This document shows positions 23,203-36,520 of a DNA stretch of 64,000 nucleotides, in pieces. Position 1 is the first letter of the stretch; the number at the start of each line of letters is the position of its first letter. The notes under the pieces are model-generated. The model was given only the letters and a program-made list of their open reading frames with translations, was not told where the DNA came from and did not search any database. The stretch covers positions 108,748,001 to 108,812,000 of the forward strand of contig OZ296650.1 in the NCBI GenBank assembly GCA_965655095.1, read 5' to 3'. Position numbers and translations under genes: made by a program. Source of the DNA: Haplodiscus bocki. Lineage: Eukaryota.

Positions 23203-25153
23203 CAAAGAAAGGAAAGAAACACTTTATTTTCCACATGCGCATCTTAAATGACATATACACTTGAAAGGAGAAATATCCTGCATATGCACATGTAGAGGAC
23301 CCTCTATAAGGTCTTAACCTTTTCGAGAGAGGACCCGAAAGCTCCAAAGCTATGTAGAAGCAATTGTTAGTTCAGTTTCTCAGACTTCGAAATATGAGTT
23401 CGGCTAGTGTCTCAGGGCAGCTACTGTTTTTTGCTTCCCTTACCTTATGCATTAGTTGATTTTCTGACCATTGAAGTATGTTATCGGTACAGTAATAATT
23501 TGCGATGAAGTAAGTTAATACTTTTGAACCGCGGTTTTTTATAGACTGCTCTTTTCGCAACTTCGAAGTACGAAGATGGTAAAAGCCACCGCTACTTACA
23601 CTCCTCGTTTCATGAAGATTGAAGCGTGTCTTATAGAAGCTGTTAGGAAAATAGGAGCAATTTTCTCCGCGCACTGATTTAAGACAGAATTTAAGAAGCT
23701 CCATAGCGTACAACTCGAACACATTTAAAAAACCACTTTGAAAGAACAGTTCTCGACTAGGGTGAAATTGCGGCTTAAAGTGAATTAACTTGAGTACTTT
23801 TTTTGAATGATGTAAAGGGGGTTCAATTGGTGTCTTGATGTACAGCCATAAACCAACAAACCATATTTGATGATTGCTTCGATATAAGTTTGGTAATACT
23901 TCAATAAAGTCACCCTGGGTACGTAATGTCTCATCAGTCGAACTATGACGGACAATTGCTTCGATAGTTTTTTCACTACGTAATTGATATGGGAATGAAC
24001 CGAGAGTTTTGTATCAATATGAATCCCCAAATACTTTGCACTTTCGTCATCTACTAAAATTACAACCATAAATTGAACATTAGATGTATGGTTGAATTGC
24101 AGCATTTGTGTTTTTGGAATGTTGAAAGCTAGTTTATTTGAACTCATCCACGACGGAACATTCATTAGTTCTTTGTCGAGACACGAGGTTAATGATTTTT
24201 TTTAGAGTATATCAAGTTTGCGTTATCAGCAAAAAGATACGTGGTCACAATTGGGCAAACTTTAGGAAAGTCATTTATGTAAATATTAAAGAGTAAAAGC
24301 CTTAGTATCGAGAGCCCTGTGGGACACCACAATTGATCGACTCGAAATCTGAACATTTATCGTGTACAAACACAGCCCATTTCCTGTTTCTTAAGTATGA
24401 TTGAAACCTTTTATTCACAATTCCCCTGACGCCGCATTGTGACAGTTTTTCCAATAATCTGTAAGGATTAATGGTAACAAAAGCATTTCGAAGATCTAGC
24501 ATAACACTGGTAAATTCTTCATCAGTGCCTGATCGTATGTTCTCAGTAACCTCCATTAGTGCATCTACAGTTGAATGCTTAGATATAAGTACAAACTGCT
24601 TCTCATGAAGTATGTCGTTTTTGTCGAGGAAATTTCTCAGACGGTTGTACATGATTTTTTCAAGTACTTTACTCGAAACTGGTAGTAAAGAAATTAATCT
24701 ATAATTAACAACGCCGGTTTTACTTCCAGATTTAAATAGTGGATTTACTTTGGCAGTTTTCAGACTGTCTGGAAACTCGCCTTGACTAAACGTTTGATTT
24801 ATTAACTTTTGTAGATATGGGACTATAGCCCAAGCAGATATCATCAAAACGTCAGCAGAAAGTTCATCGATGCCGGATGCTTTGCCAATTTTAAGATCGG
24901 CAATTGAACGATGGATTTCGTCTAATGATGTTGGTTTTAAAGACATGCTATTCAAAGTACGCTCCGATTGGAATTCTTCAGCCGACATTGCAGATATGGA
25001 TCTGGAGACACGTTCACCCTGTGAAGCAAATCTTTGAATGAAAAAGTCTGCTAGATTATCTTCCCGAACGACTACATTGTTTTCCGGTTCAATGATGCGA
25101 ACTTCATTCTTGGTTACGTTCGTTCTTTCTTTCCTTCTTTCTTTCTTTCTTTC
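23203..25153 (-). mobile_element. 5'-truncated, decayed L2/Crack-like LINE (RT to 3' end), copy 1
   Basis: KASGID, NYRLISLLP, GVPQGS, YLFADN, KYLGI; 3' UTR hairpin aaggt-taag-acctt, AATAAA, then a degenerate (TTTC)n tail on the minus strand. Confidence 0.9.
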
Positions 25154-25273
25154 TACATGCGTTTACTACAAACAACTGAAGCAGACGGTGTCTGTTTTTA
25201 TTCTCTCTAAAAGTCGCGCACATGAATGAAAACTGGACGGTGGATGAGAAAAAAACAAATTCGAACAAAAAGA

Positions 25274-27224
25274 CAAAGAAAGGAAAGAAACACTTTATTT
25301 TCCACATGCGCATCTTAAATGACATATACACTTGAAAGGAGAAATATCCTGCATATGCACATGTAGAGGACCCTCTATAAGGTCTTAACCTTTTCGAGAG
25401 AGGACCCGAAAGCTCCAAAGCTATGTAGAAGCAATTGTTAGTTCAGTTTCTCAGACTTCGAAATATGAGTTCGGCTAGTGTCTCAGGGCAGCTACTGTTT
25501 TTTGCTTCCCTTACCTTATGCATTAGTTGATTTTCTGACCATTGAAGTATGTTATCGGTACAGTAATAATTTGCGATGAAGTAAGTTAATACTTTTGAAC
25601 CGCGGTTTTTTATAGACTGCTCTTTTCGCAACTTCGAAGTACGAAGATGGTAAAAGCCACCGCTACTTACACTCCTCGTTTCATGAAGATTGAAGCGTGT
25701 CTTATAGAAGCTGTTAGGAAAATAGGAGCAATTTTCTCCGCGCACTGATTTAAGACAGAATTTAAGAAGCTCCATAGCGTACAACTCGAACACATTTAAA
25801 AAACCACTTTGAAAGAACAGTTCTCGACTAGGGTGAAATTGCGGCTTAAAGTGAATTAACTTGAGTACTTTTTTTGAATGATGTAAAGGGGGTTCAATTG
25901 GTGTCTTGATGTACAGCCATAAACCAACAAACCATATTTGATGATTGCTTCGATATAAGTTTGGTAATACTTCAATAAAGTCACCCTGGGTACGTAATGT
26001 CTCATCAGTCGAACTATGACGGACAATTGCTTCGATAGTTTTTTCACTACGTAATTGATATGGGAATGAACCGAGAGTTTTGTATCAATATGAATCCCCA
26101 AATACTTTGCACTTTCGTCATCTACTAAAATTACAACCATAAATTGAACATTAGATGTATGGTTGAATTGCAGCATTTGTGTTTTTGGAATGTTGAAAGC
26201 TAGTTTATTTGAACTCATCCACGACGGAACATTCATTAGTTCTTTGTCGAGACACGAGGTTAATGATTTTTTTTAGAGTATATCAAGTTTGCGTTATCAG
26301 CAAAAAGATACGTGGTCACAATTGGGCAAACTTTAGGAAAGTCATTTATGTAAATATTAAAGAGTAAAAGCCTTAGTATCGAGAGCCCTGTGGGACACCA
26401 CAATTGATCGACTCGAAATCTGAACATTTATCGTGTACAAACACAGCCCATTTCCTGTTTCTTAAGTATGATTGAAACCTTTTATTCACAATTCCCCTGA
26501 CGCCGCATTGTGACAGTTTTTCCAATAATCTGTAAGGATTAATGGTAACAAAAGCATTTCGAAGATCTAGCATAACACTGGTAAATTCTTCATCAGTGCC
26601 TGATCGTATGTTCTCAGTAACCTCCATTAGTGCATCTACAGTTGAATGCTTAGATATAAGTACAAACTGCTTCTCATGAAGTATGTCGTTTTTGTCGAGG
26701 AAATTTCTCAGACGGTTGTACATGATTTTTTCAAGTACTTTACTCGAAACTGGTAGTAAAGAAATTAATCTATAATTAACAACGCCGGTTTTACTTCCAG
26801 ATTTAAATAGTGGATTTACTTTGGCAGTTTTCAGACTGTCTGGAAACTCGCCTTGACTAAACGTTTGATTTATTAACTTTTGTAGATATGGGACTATAGC
26901 CCAAGCAGATATCATCAAAACGTCAGCAGAAAGTTCATCGATGCCGGATGCTTTGCCAATTTTAAGATCGGCAATTGAACGATGGATTTCGTCTAATGAT
27001 GTTGGTTTTAAAGACATGCTATTCAAAGTACGCTCCGATTGGAATTCTTCAGCCGACATTGCAGATATGGATCTGGAGACAAGTTCACCCTGTGAAGCAA
27101 ATCTTTGAATGAAAAAGTCTGCTAGATTATCTTCCCGAACGACTACATTGTTTTCCGGTTCAATGATGCGAACTTCATTCTTGGTTACGTTCGTTCTTTC
27201 TTTCCTTCTTTCTTTCTTTCTTTC
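25274..27224 (-). mobile_element. Same LINE fragment, copy 2
   Basis: Near-identical to copy 1 at +2071. Confidence 0.9.
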
Positions 27225-27344
27225 TACATGCGTTTACTACAAACAACTGAAGCAGACGGTGTCGGTTTTTATTCTCTCTAAAAGTCGCGCACATGAATGA
27301 AAACTGGACGGTGGATGAGAAAAAAACAAATTCGAACAAAAAGA

Positions 27345-29295
27345 CAAAGAAAGGAAAGAAACACTTTATTTTCCACATGCGCATCTTAAATGACATATAC
27401 ACTTGAAAGGAGAAATATCCTGCATATGCACATGTAGAGGACCCTCTATAAGGTCTTAACCTTTTCGAGAGAGGACCCGAAAGCTCCAAAGCTATGTAGA
27501 AGCAATTGTTAGTTCAGTTTCTCAGACTTCGAAATATGAGTTCGGCTAGTGTCTCAGGGCAGCTACTGTTTTTTGCTTCCCTTACCTTATGCATTAGTTG
27601 ATTTTCTGACCATTGAAGTATGTTATCGGTACAGTAATAATTTGCGATGAAGTAAGTTAATACTTTTGAACCGCGGTTTTTTATAGACTGCTCTTTTCGC
27701 AACTTCGAAGTACGAAGATGGTAAAAGCCACCGCTACTTACACTCCTCGTTTCATGAAGATTGAAGCGTGTCTTATAGAAGCTGTTAGGAAAATAGGAGC
27801 AATTTTCTCCGCGCACTGATTTAAGACAGAATTTAAGAAGCTCCATAGCGTACAACTCGAACACATTTAAAAAACCACTTTGAAAGAACAGTTCTCGACT
27901 AGGGTGAAATTGCGGCTTAAAGTGAATTAACTTGAGTACTTTTTTTGAATGATGTAAAGGGGGTTCAATTGGTGTCTTGATGTACAGCCATAAACCAACA
28001 AACCATATTTGATGATTGCTTCGATATAAGTTTGGTAATACTTCAATAAAGTCACCCTGGGTACGTAATGTCTCATCAGTCGAACTATGACGGACAATTG
28101 CTTCGATAGTTTTTTCACTACGTAATTGATATGGGAATGAACCGAGAGTTTTGTATCAATATGAATCCCCAAATACTTTGCACTTTCGTCATCTACTAAA
28201 ATTACAACCATAAATTGAACATTAGATGTATGGTTGAATTGCAGCATTTGTGTTTTTGGAATGTTGAAAGCTAGTTTATTTGAACTCATCCACGACGGAA
28301 CATTCATTAGTTCTTTGTCGAGACACGAGGTTAATGATTTTTTTTAGAGTATATCAAGTTTGCGTTATCAGCAAAAAGATACGTGGTCACAATTGGGCAA
28401 ACTTTAGGAAAGTCATTTATGTAAATAATAAAGAGTAAAGGCCTTAGTATCGAGAGCCCTGTGGGACACCACAATTGATCGACTCGAACTCTGAACATTT
28501 ATCGTGTACAAACACAGCCCATTTCCTGTTTCTTAAGTATGATTGAAACCTTTTATTCACAATTCCCCTGACGCCGCATTGTGACAGTTTTTCCAAAAAT
28601 CTGTAAGGATTAATGGTAACAAAAGCATTTCGAAGATCTAGCATAACACTGGTAAATTCTTCATCAGTGCCTGATCGTATGTTCTCAGTAACCTCCATTA
28701 GTGCATCTACAGTTGAATGCTTAGATATAAGTACAAACTGCTTCTCATGAAGTATGTCGTTTTTGTCGAGGAAATTTCTCAGACGGTTGTACATGATTTT
28801 TTCAAGTACTTTACTCGAAACTGGTAGTAAAGAAATTAATCTATAATTAACAACGCCGGTTTTACTTCCAGATTTAAATAGTGGATTTACTTTGGCAGTT
28901 TTCAGACTGTCTGGAAACTCGCCTTGACTAAACGTTTGATTTATTAACTTTTGTAGATATGGGACTATAGCCCAAGCAGATATCATCAAAACGTCAGCAG
29001 AAAGTTCATCGATGCCGGATGCTTTGCCAATTTTAAGATCGGCAATTGAACGATGGATTTCGTCTAATGATGTTGGTTTTAAAGACATGCTATTCAAAGT
29101 ACGCTCCGATTGGAATTCTTCAGCCGACATTGCAGATATGGATCTGGAGACACGTTCACCCTGTGAAGCAAATCTTTGAATGAAAAAGTCTGCTAGATTA
29201 TCTTCCCGAACGACTACATTGTTTTCCGGTTCAATGATGCGAACTTCATTCTTGGTTACGTTCGTTCTTTCTTTCCTTCTTTCTTTCTTTCTTTC
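27345..29295 (-). mobile_element. Same LINE fragment, copy 3
   Basis: Near-identical to copy 1 at +4142, with a few private substitutions (e.g. RFLEK vs RLLEK). Confidence 0.9.
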
Positions 29296-29969
29296 TACAT
29301 GCGTTTACTACAAACAACTGAAGCAGACGGTGTCTGTTTTTATTCTCTCTAAAAGTCGCGCACATGAATGAAAACTGGACGGTGGATGAGAAAAAAACGA
29401 ACTCGAACAAAAAGAGAATGGAAAAAACTTTGAAAAAAGAAAAAGATCTCGAAATATGACTGAAAAGAAGTTCAAAATGGGACCCTGCAATCTTTTGCAG
29501 ATTCTCAGTCTTGCGTTATCCAATGAACAGTGGTCGAAAATGGTCTGAAGCTTAAGTACTACGGTAAAACGATTCAAAATAGTTTTTACAGCTCTTTTTG
29601 AGAACATAGGAAACAAAATTTTTGCTGTTACACTATAACCCTTATATTATAGTCACTGATCATTGGTTGATTTTATTTTCAGTCACGCGCTTACAAAGTA
29701 AGTAGGATAGGCCAGTTGAAAAAAATTTGAACGATTTTCGGATTGCATTTTAAGAAAGACATTAAAAACAGATTGGAGTTTCGAACAGATCGGAAAAGAA
29801 TGCTACTGACGATCCCACTCCATTACAATATACTAGTGGCAAGAGCAACACAGTCGCTAAGTGTAACTTCGTGAGGCTCGCTAAATCAATACTTGTTCGT
29901 TTCTACCTCAGAGAGTACGTTTCTAACTAAAGAGATGATGCATCAGTTGCCAGAAGGCTGTTTTGAAGG

Positions 29970-32900
29970 GCAAACGAACGAACTTTGGTCAAAAAAAGAA
30001 CTTTTGCTCCTTTGGAAAAATTAGGGAAGAAAGAGTTTTTTTCTCTGATACCCGGCAAATACTTAAGGCAACTCATAAATCAAAGATCAGAGGGGACCCT
30101 CCTACAGGCGAAAATCACGTAAGACGTGAATACCCTTGTGAGGGTAACAATAAGATAAATGAAGAAGCTCGAAATTTGTCTAGTATGGTTTAACATTCAA
30201 TTCAATCAACTTGTGGGCGACAACCAAATTCTGGATGTACTTACTTGAAATTTTACTAACCTGACTGTTCATTTTCAGACCGACAAGGGAAATAGAAAGG
30301 AAATAGTTCAAATGTCTAGCATCGCGATGCTTTAACGAAGTTTTCTACTTATCACAGTTCGCAGGAGGCAGTTCATAAAATCGAATTCCTATGCTCCGTG
30401 TCATAAGAGATGCACTTGATTTTCTTCTGCAGAAGTAATAGCCTGGTCAGTAGGATATTTACTCTGCATGAAAAGTACAACAAACTCAACTTGAGCAAGT
30501 CTACTGTAATCTAATAGTATTTGGAGAGAACCTCAGAACTCTCAAACTGTTCCTCCGTACTACTCGATCTCTGTATTTTGCAGTAGATGAGTTTGTGGAG
30601 TTTGTGGATAGTTCTCTGCGGAAAAAAAGGTTAGGGATGCTCCTAGGAAGAACAAACGTAAACTAAAGGTAGGAAAAAAATTGAAGACTTCGCGCAAACA
30701 TTATGAAACGTGGGGAAAAGAATGTTTTGACCATGTGCCTCAAACGTGCAAAAACTGACAGATGTTTGGAAGTTCTTCCAACTATTTCATGGAAAAAATC
30801 AGTAAATGCCAATTCTTCGTCGCTCTTTTTTCCAAAGTAAGTAACATATGTTTGTTTCTCAATTGAATTTCGACCCAAAGGAGTTTCTGCTCTTGTGAAG
30901 CACCTATTGGTAATACTTGCGTTTAGGCTACGTTGAAAGTCAGTCCATTGATCCGCATCTACTCCGGTATCTTTTTCAATTCTTCATTCAATGCAAAAAC
31001 TGGCCTTTTAGCATGGAATACAGGTAATTACTATCGTCTGCATCGAGTTATCTTTTGAAAACTGAAGAAATTCTCGGAAAATTATTCACAAATCAAATGA
31101 AAAGAGGTGGTCCTAAATTGGAACACTGAGAGACTCCACACGTTACTGCACGGACTTCAGACCAGACTGAATCCAGATCAACGGATTGCCAACTTTTATT
31201 CAAGTAGGAAGTGAGCCAGTTTAAGGGAATTCCACGTTTACCAAATTTTTTTATCTTGAACAGCAGCCTATCATGATCAACGGAATCAAAGGCTTTACTG
31301 AGATCCGAAAATACTGATACGTGCTCTGTCTCTTTTTCTCTCAAGTATTCAGCAATCAATGCACGATAAGTTGAATGTTTTGCAGAAAAACCAAACTGTT
31401 ATTCATATAAAAGATCGTGTTATTCCAGAAAAGAACTAACCCTATCTTTTACTGCTCGCTCAGGGATTTTACTAAGACAGGGTAAGTAAAAAAGAGATAG
31501 ATCGATAGTTGTCCAATTTTGTTTCTGAATCTTCCATCTAAAGATGAAGGACACGTGTTGGAATTAAGCATTGAGGAAAAAAGCCTTCACTTAAAGAGGA
31601 ATTGAAGTTATCAAGCAATTAAGACCGATTTACAGGAAACAACATATAAAAACATCTGCTGTAATGTCATCAATACCAGGAGCCTTTTTATTTATCAATT
31701 TAACTATTATTTTCAGAGCCCGTTCGGATCGATAGGGAAGAAAAACAAAGATTCTTCATTCCTTTCGTATGTTTCAACTAGAATGTCTTGTGGATTATCA
31801 AATGAACTTTGTTTATTTGAACGAATTTCTCGTCGAAACATTTTGCTATCATCAATTCATCTGTCACAAGTTCACAAAGTTCATTTTTGATAACCAACGG
31901 ACATTTTAAGTTGCCTCCTCCAGGTAAAGGATTGAATTCTTCGAAAAAGCTATTCAGATCTTCTGAATTAAATGTAAGTTTCGTTTCAAAATACTCCATC
32001 CTTGTTTTTTTTCAGCGGAACAGTTTCGTTCTGACAGGTTTTATATCACTGTTCATCGAGCGGACTTTATATTCTACAAAAGCTACGACACGAAGACTTT
32101 TTGTTGGTAACAAAACGTTCAATTTCGTTGATAAACTAAGCAGTTTGCGGCTTTGTAGTTTTTTAATTTAGCGTATGGTGCACGATGACTGCTACAAAAA
32201 TGTTCAGAAATTTATCAAGGTGGTTATCAGGGTTCTGCGGACAAGGAAAAGACTGCAGCTGGATGCTCAAGTCGTTAAAGAAACCATCGAGTGTTTCCTA
32301 ATTTTTTCAAGGTTGAAAGTGTTGTCACTACATTCTGGAGGGATTTACAGTTGAGAGGTGAACATGAAGAGGCAGCAGAGAGATCTGTTATACCGAGTTT
32401 TTTCTCTCCTACTTTGTTATCAAAGTTGTAGTTAAGAAGAACTTAGTCCAAAAACGTAGATGAGCTCGATGCTTCATGATTGGAGCAGAAATGTCTTGTC
32501 AGAAGCCACTTTTTTCCATTTACTTGCATCCACTGTACTGATGTTACAGTTTGCACTAACAAATCAACATTCAGGCCTTCTAACTTGAAGCAAGAAAAAT
32601 CGAAAGTTATTAGAGTACACAACAAGTCATCAAAATCCGCCAAAAACGTTCTTTTGCAAACTGAAAGTCCATTGTACAAACATGCCACTAAAACGCATTT
32701 TATTCTCTGTTGCGAGTTTGGAAATAACTCTTTTCAAGGAAGACCTAATTCTCACTTCTTCAAACCAAATGGTTTCAAGAATGTACATAATCACTTCTTC
32801 CCTGCCCGATTTACCGACATTATACAAAGGAAACGACTATCCCTTTAGACCAGAAACACCTAACTCAATGATTTAACTCAGCCAACGTTCGCTCAGAAGA

Positions 32901-33990
32901 CAAGGGAAGGCTTCTCAACAAATACCTCGTGAGCATGAAGCATTTCAAAGTTTTCTGAAAGTGAATGTATGTTCATGTGCAGGAAGCACTCAATATTATT
33001 TTCCTTTTTTCGTTTCAAGGCTTTCTTGAATTTCCGATGGTCTTTCTTGAAAAAAAAACCATTGTCTTTTGCAAGCTGTAAGAATCAACATTTTTTTTCA
33101 TTTGTAATGGTGTGCAATTTTGTCGAAGACCAGTTTTTTTGCCATCATTGTCACGCACACTAATGTTCTCGTTGAACATTGACACCGCTTTCAAGTCGTC
33201 TTTGTTACGAACTTTGGCTCTATTTTGGCTCGCATGAGAGTCCAGTCCTTATTGATGTAAACCAGACTGTTTGACTCCCACATTTCCTTCTTGCGAGTGA
33301 TCATTTCGAAACTTGTGTGCTGGCGAACGAATTTCACCAACATTAAGCGTTTACCCGTGCGGCTTGGGACTCGACGACCACACTGATATCACTTTTCGGT
33401 ACCTTCAGCCCCACATGTTGCGACAGTTCGACCACTTTTTGATAGGGATCTTCATCTGCGGCCTCTTCAAGACGGAAAATGCGGTTGTTTTCTCGCCTCC
33501 CATACTGCTTGTTGGTGTAAGCGCGCAACAGCGAGAACAAGTTGGAGCGCTCATATTTTGATTGGTTGGGGAGGTGCAGTCCTGAACCTCGTTACCTCCG
33601 TTGCCGCACAGAAACCGCACAGGAAAGATCGCTCGATGAACCTCTTGGTACGCCCTTAGGGAGCCACTTTGGAAGCCAGGGAGGGCACTGGTTTCAACCC
33701 GGCCTCTTCCTAATGCACCCGAAAAGATGGTTCGAGCCTTGCTCCTCCTCTTTAGTTTCGGGCTTTGAGGGCATCCCCAGACAGTGGTAGATGCATGTCA
33801 AAACCATATCTATTTGATAGGTTTATCACAACAATTAGGTAGGACGTAAAAACTATAAGTTTGATTGATTTTTTTTTTCAAAAAGTTAGAGATTTTTTCT
33901 ATAATTCGACTTTTTCCGTTTAACTCAACTTGATGCATTGTAGCAAAGTAGAAATTCACATTCACGTCAGACGTTGTCATTGACCGATGT
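29970..33990 (-). mobile_element. LINE E: near-full-length, decayed L2/Crack-like element (ORF1 + ORF2, no ORF0 seen)
   Basis: ORF1 starting MPSKPETK at 33775 with QYGRRENNRIF...DIS motif; APE remnants FLHMNIHSL and LSERWL; RT motifs FSDLSKAFDSVDH and GVSQCSNLGPPLF; 3' UTR hairpins tcacgt-aag-acgtga and accct-tgtg-agggt near 30115-30145. Boundaries approximate. Confidence 0.85.
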
Positions 33991-36520
33991 CAAAACTAGG
34001 TTTCCAATTCTATCATGTCCTTTGGACATGTTGAACTTCAGTTGTTTTGCTTCATTCCCAACTTGATGTTGAGGGAATGTCCGTCTATTTAAATCCAGAG
34101 GAGCACAGTTTGGAAGTGAGTATAATCGATTTTCTGCAAAGACACTGCCGTAAAATTGTTGAAGAGTTCGCTTTTTTTTCGATCTGCCTACTAGAGTCAG
34201 TATCCTCTCATCCGACTATGGGGGTATTCTTGGCGTTTTTCGAATTTAATTGAATTAAAACTGGATTTTGTTGAATGCTCTTCTTGTAAAAACGTCACTC
34301 TTGATTTCTGCCAGTTCGATTTCTGATAAACTTTGGATCTTCTCCTGAATTTTTTTGATTTTCAGGAGTCTTTCGAGATATTTATTGGGTTTTCATTTTT
34401 CAGTTTGCATGTTTTTGATCATGTGGTAGGTTGTCAGTCATATCCAAGACTAAAAGTTTGTTCGATGATTTTTAAATCTTGATAAAAATTTGTAGATCTT
34501 TTCCCATAGCCATTCGTAATATTTTAATACTAAAGCATATGAATGGTTCATTTCTTAAAAAGGCATTGAACACAACCCAGTCAGAGCACCTGGGAGCGTG
34601 CTGATAGTTCCGTTTTTTCACAAAGTTGTTATCAGCACATACGACAAGAGTGGAAAAACCAGCTGGTGGTCCAAGTATTTGTTGCTGAGCTTGTCTTGAA
34701 GCAACAGGTCGGTGTGGCAAGATACGACCAGTTTCGGATTTTTGCAGAGTAAGACGTCCACTCAATATGGCTTGTTTTGCGAGGAGAGGTTGAGTTCTAC
34801 AAATTTTTCAGTCACTTGTGCCTCGTAAATGTTTGTAAAGGAGAGAGTTACAGCTTATTTGAGAAAAAGATGTCACCTAGTAATATTCGAAGTTTTTTTT
34901 CCATGGAAAGTTTGTGACATGAAATCTTATTCAGCATGCCTTTGTTTGTAGTCTATTGGTAACCGGTGAAAGCGGGTCCCCTGCTGATGTACCACTGGAT
35001 GAATTTGTGACGGCTGTAAATACTTCCAAGATAAAATGGTTAGGTATTTTGTAGCCATTACCAATTTTTAGGGCATTGAGGATGCCGCTACGTTCAGTTT
35101 TTTATCTAAGTTGCTTCCGGGCCGTTCCTGTAGAAGTGTTAGTATTCAAGGAGAAGTAAAGCTGAAGTTACATCCTCGGTGAGCCAAATTTCACGAAGAC
35201 AGATATTGTCATATATTAATTTTAGTCACTTTTTTCGGGAGTTCCGTCCAGTTTTTTGCATCACTTGGTTCAATGGATACCAAATTATCATCCTTTTAGT
35301 ACTTCCAGCATTAGATTTCTGAGTCGAACGGTCTTTGGGTCGAAGACTTTGCCAATCAGCTCCCTTCTTGACGTCAGACAGTCATTTTGTTCTTGCGTCT
35401 TCCGTCGATAGTGCCGGGCCGATTTGAAATTGAAGCTCAGGAGAGTCTCTCAGCTTGGTTGTCAATTTAAGAAGTATGTTTTTAGCGATTCCATTTTCGG
35501 TGTTGAGCAGCAGTTTTCTAGCTCATTTGTCCGGATTGCATTTTCCCAGCCGAATGGCTTGAGTCAGTTTTGTGTCTTGGATTTCCAAACAAGCAAGTGT
35601 CTTGTCGTTGGTTGCCTTTTCTTCCTACGGTTGTGCTATTTCAGTCAAGTCCTTGCTTTCAAGAACTCTCCGGATGGGGATGACAAAACAAAAAGATCCG
35701 GCCCTTTCACCGTTCTGTTGCAAGTGGTTCACATGTCTTTCCTTAAGTTTATTCAGGTCGTGATTTTCCTTCGATGGGTTTGTTGGAACAAACTAAGAAA
35801 GAAAAGTTGGGAAACTTTTGAAGCACTTTTAGACGGAACGCCCTGAAGACCTGGACAACTAAATCCAATTCTACAGCAAGAAAAATCTACTAATAGTACT
35901 CATTTCTCGTTAGATTTTTTCAACTGTTGGTTTCTTCGCCTTGGATTGCTTTTGTCTTGGCTTTTGAGACAGCATCTCTTTTCTATTCTTTGACAAAAGG
36001 GAGGACGGTTGAAGTCCTTATTGCAAAGAGTGCCACTCGAGGAAAGTGGGTTGTTGGAAATTTTGGAATTTTTGTAGAAGTTTTCGATTATTCTCTTTTC
36101 TGCGGGCATTAAGGTTGGTCGTGATTTCCACAACTGAATTTTGTAGCGTTTGGAGATTAGACAGGTTGTTATCAGCTCTTTAATGATGACAGGACAATGC
36201 TCCAATGAATTTGGCAGAGTTCTCATTTCGTCGAGCAGCTGTTCCGACCTCAATTTTTATCTGGGATCAATTGGATGAAAAGCTTGATGAAAAAGGCTTT
36301 TGGTGTAAGCGGCCACCAAGGTTACGTCCGGGATTTCATTTTATCTGACACTTTTTAGTTGTCTGAAAATATTTTAGGTTGTCGAAAGTTAAGATGAGTT
36401 TCGAAAATGATACAATCCTGAAGTTTCTGATACCATTTTCAAATTTCTACGAAAATGATAGGAAAAGTCAGGAAACTTTAGTTTGGCATTGACTTCCAAA
36501 AAAATTCTGAAAGCAGAAAA
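33990..36520 (-). mobile_element. LINE C: decayed 5' half of a three-ORF element (ORF0, ORF1, endonuclease/linker)
   Basis: ORF1 relic IRRVLES...AIRLGK...ARKLLL...KLRD...RRELIGK..DPKTVRLRNL (35300-35700) is homologous to ORF1 of B; EN motif DNICLREIWL; linker SKGHDRIGNL near 34000-34030, where it abuts LINE E. Confidence 0.75.
35900..36450 (-). pseudogene. ORF0 relic of LINE C
   Basis: Allowing one frameshift it reads EQLLDEMRTLPKFIGALSC...VVEITTNL...LLQKFQNFQQPTFLEWHSL, aligning by eye to B ORF0 PQLIETLKSLQNLFRVVTC...VIDVTKHI...IISQYKRLHLSADLELRSL; basic tail follows. Confidence 0.55.

Larger units (their letters stand above)
23104..29415. repeat. Tandem triplication, 2071-bp unit, bounded by ~100-bp direct repeats
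   Basis: Identical or near-identical ORFs recur at a 2071-bp offset (24302, 26373, 28444), with only a handful of substitutions between copies. Confidence 0.97.
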
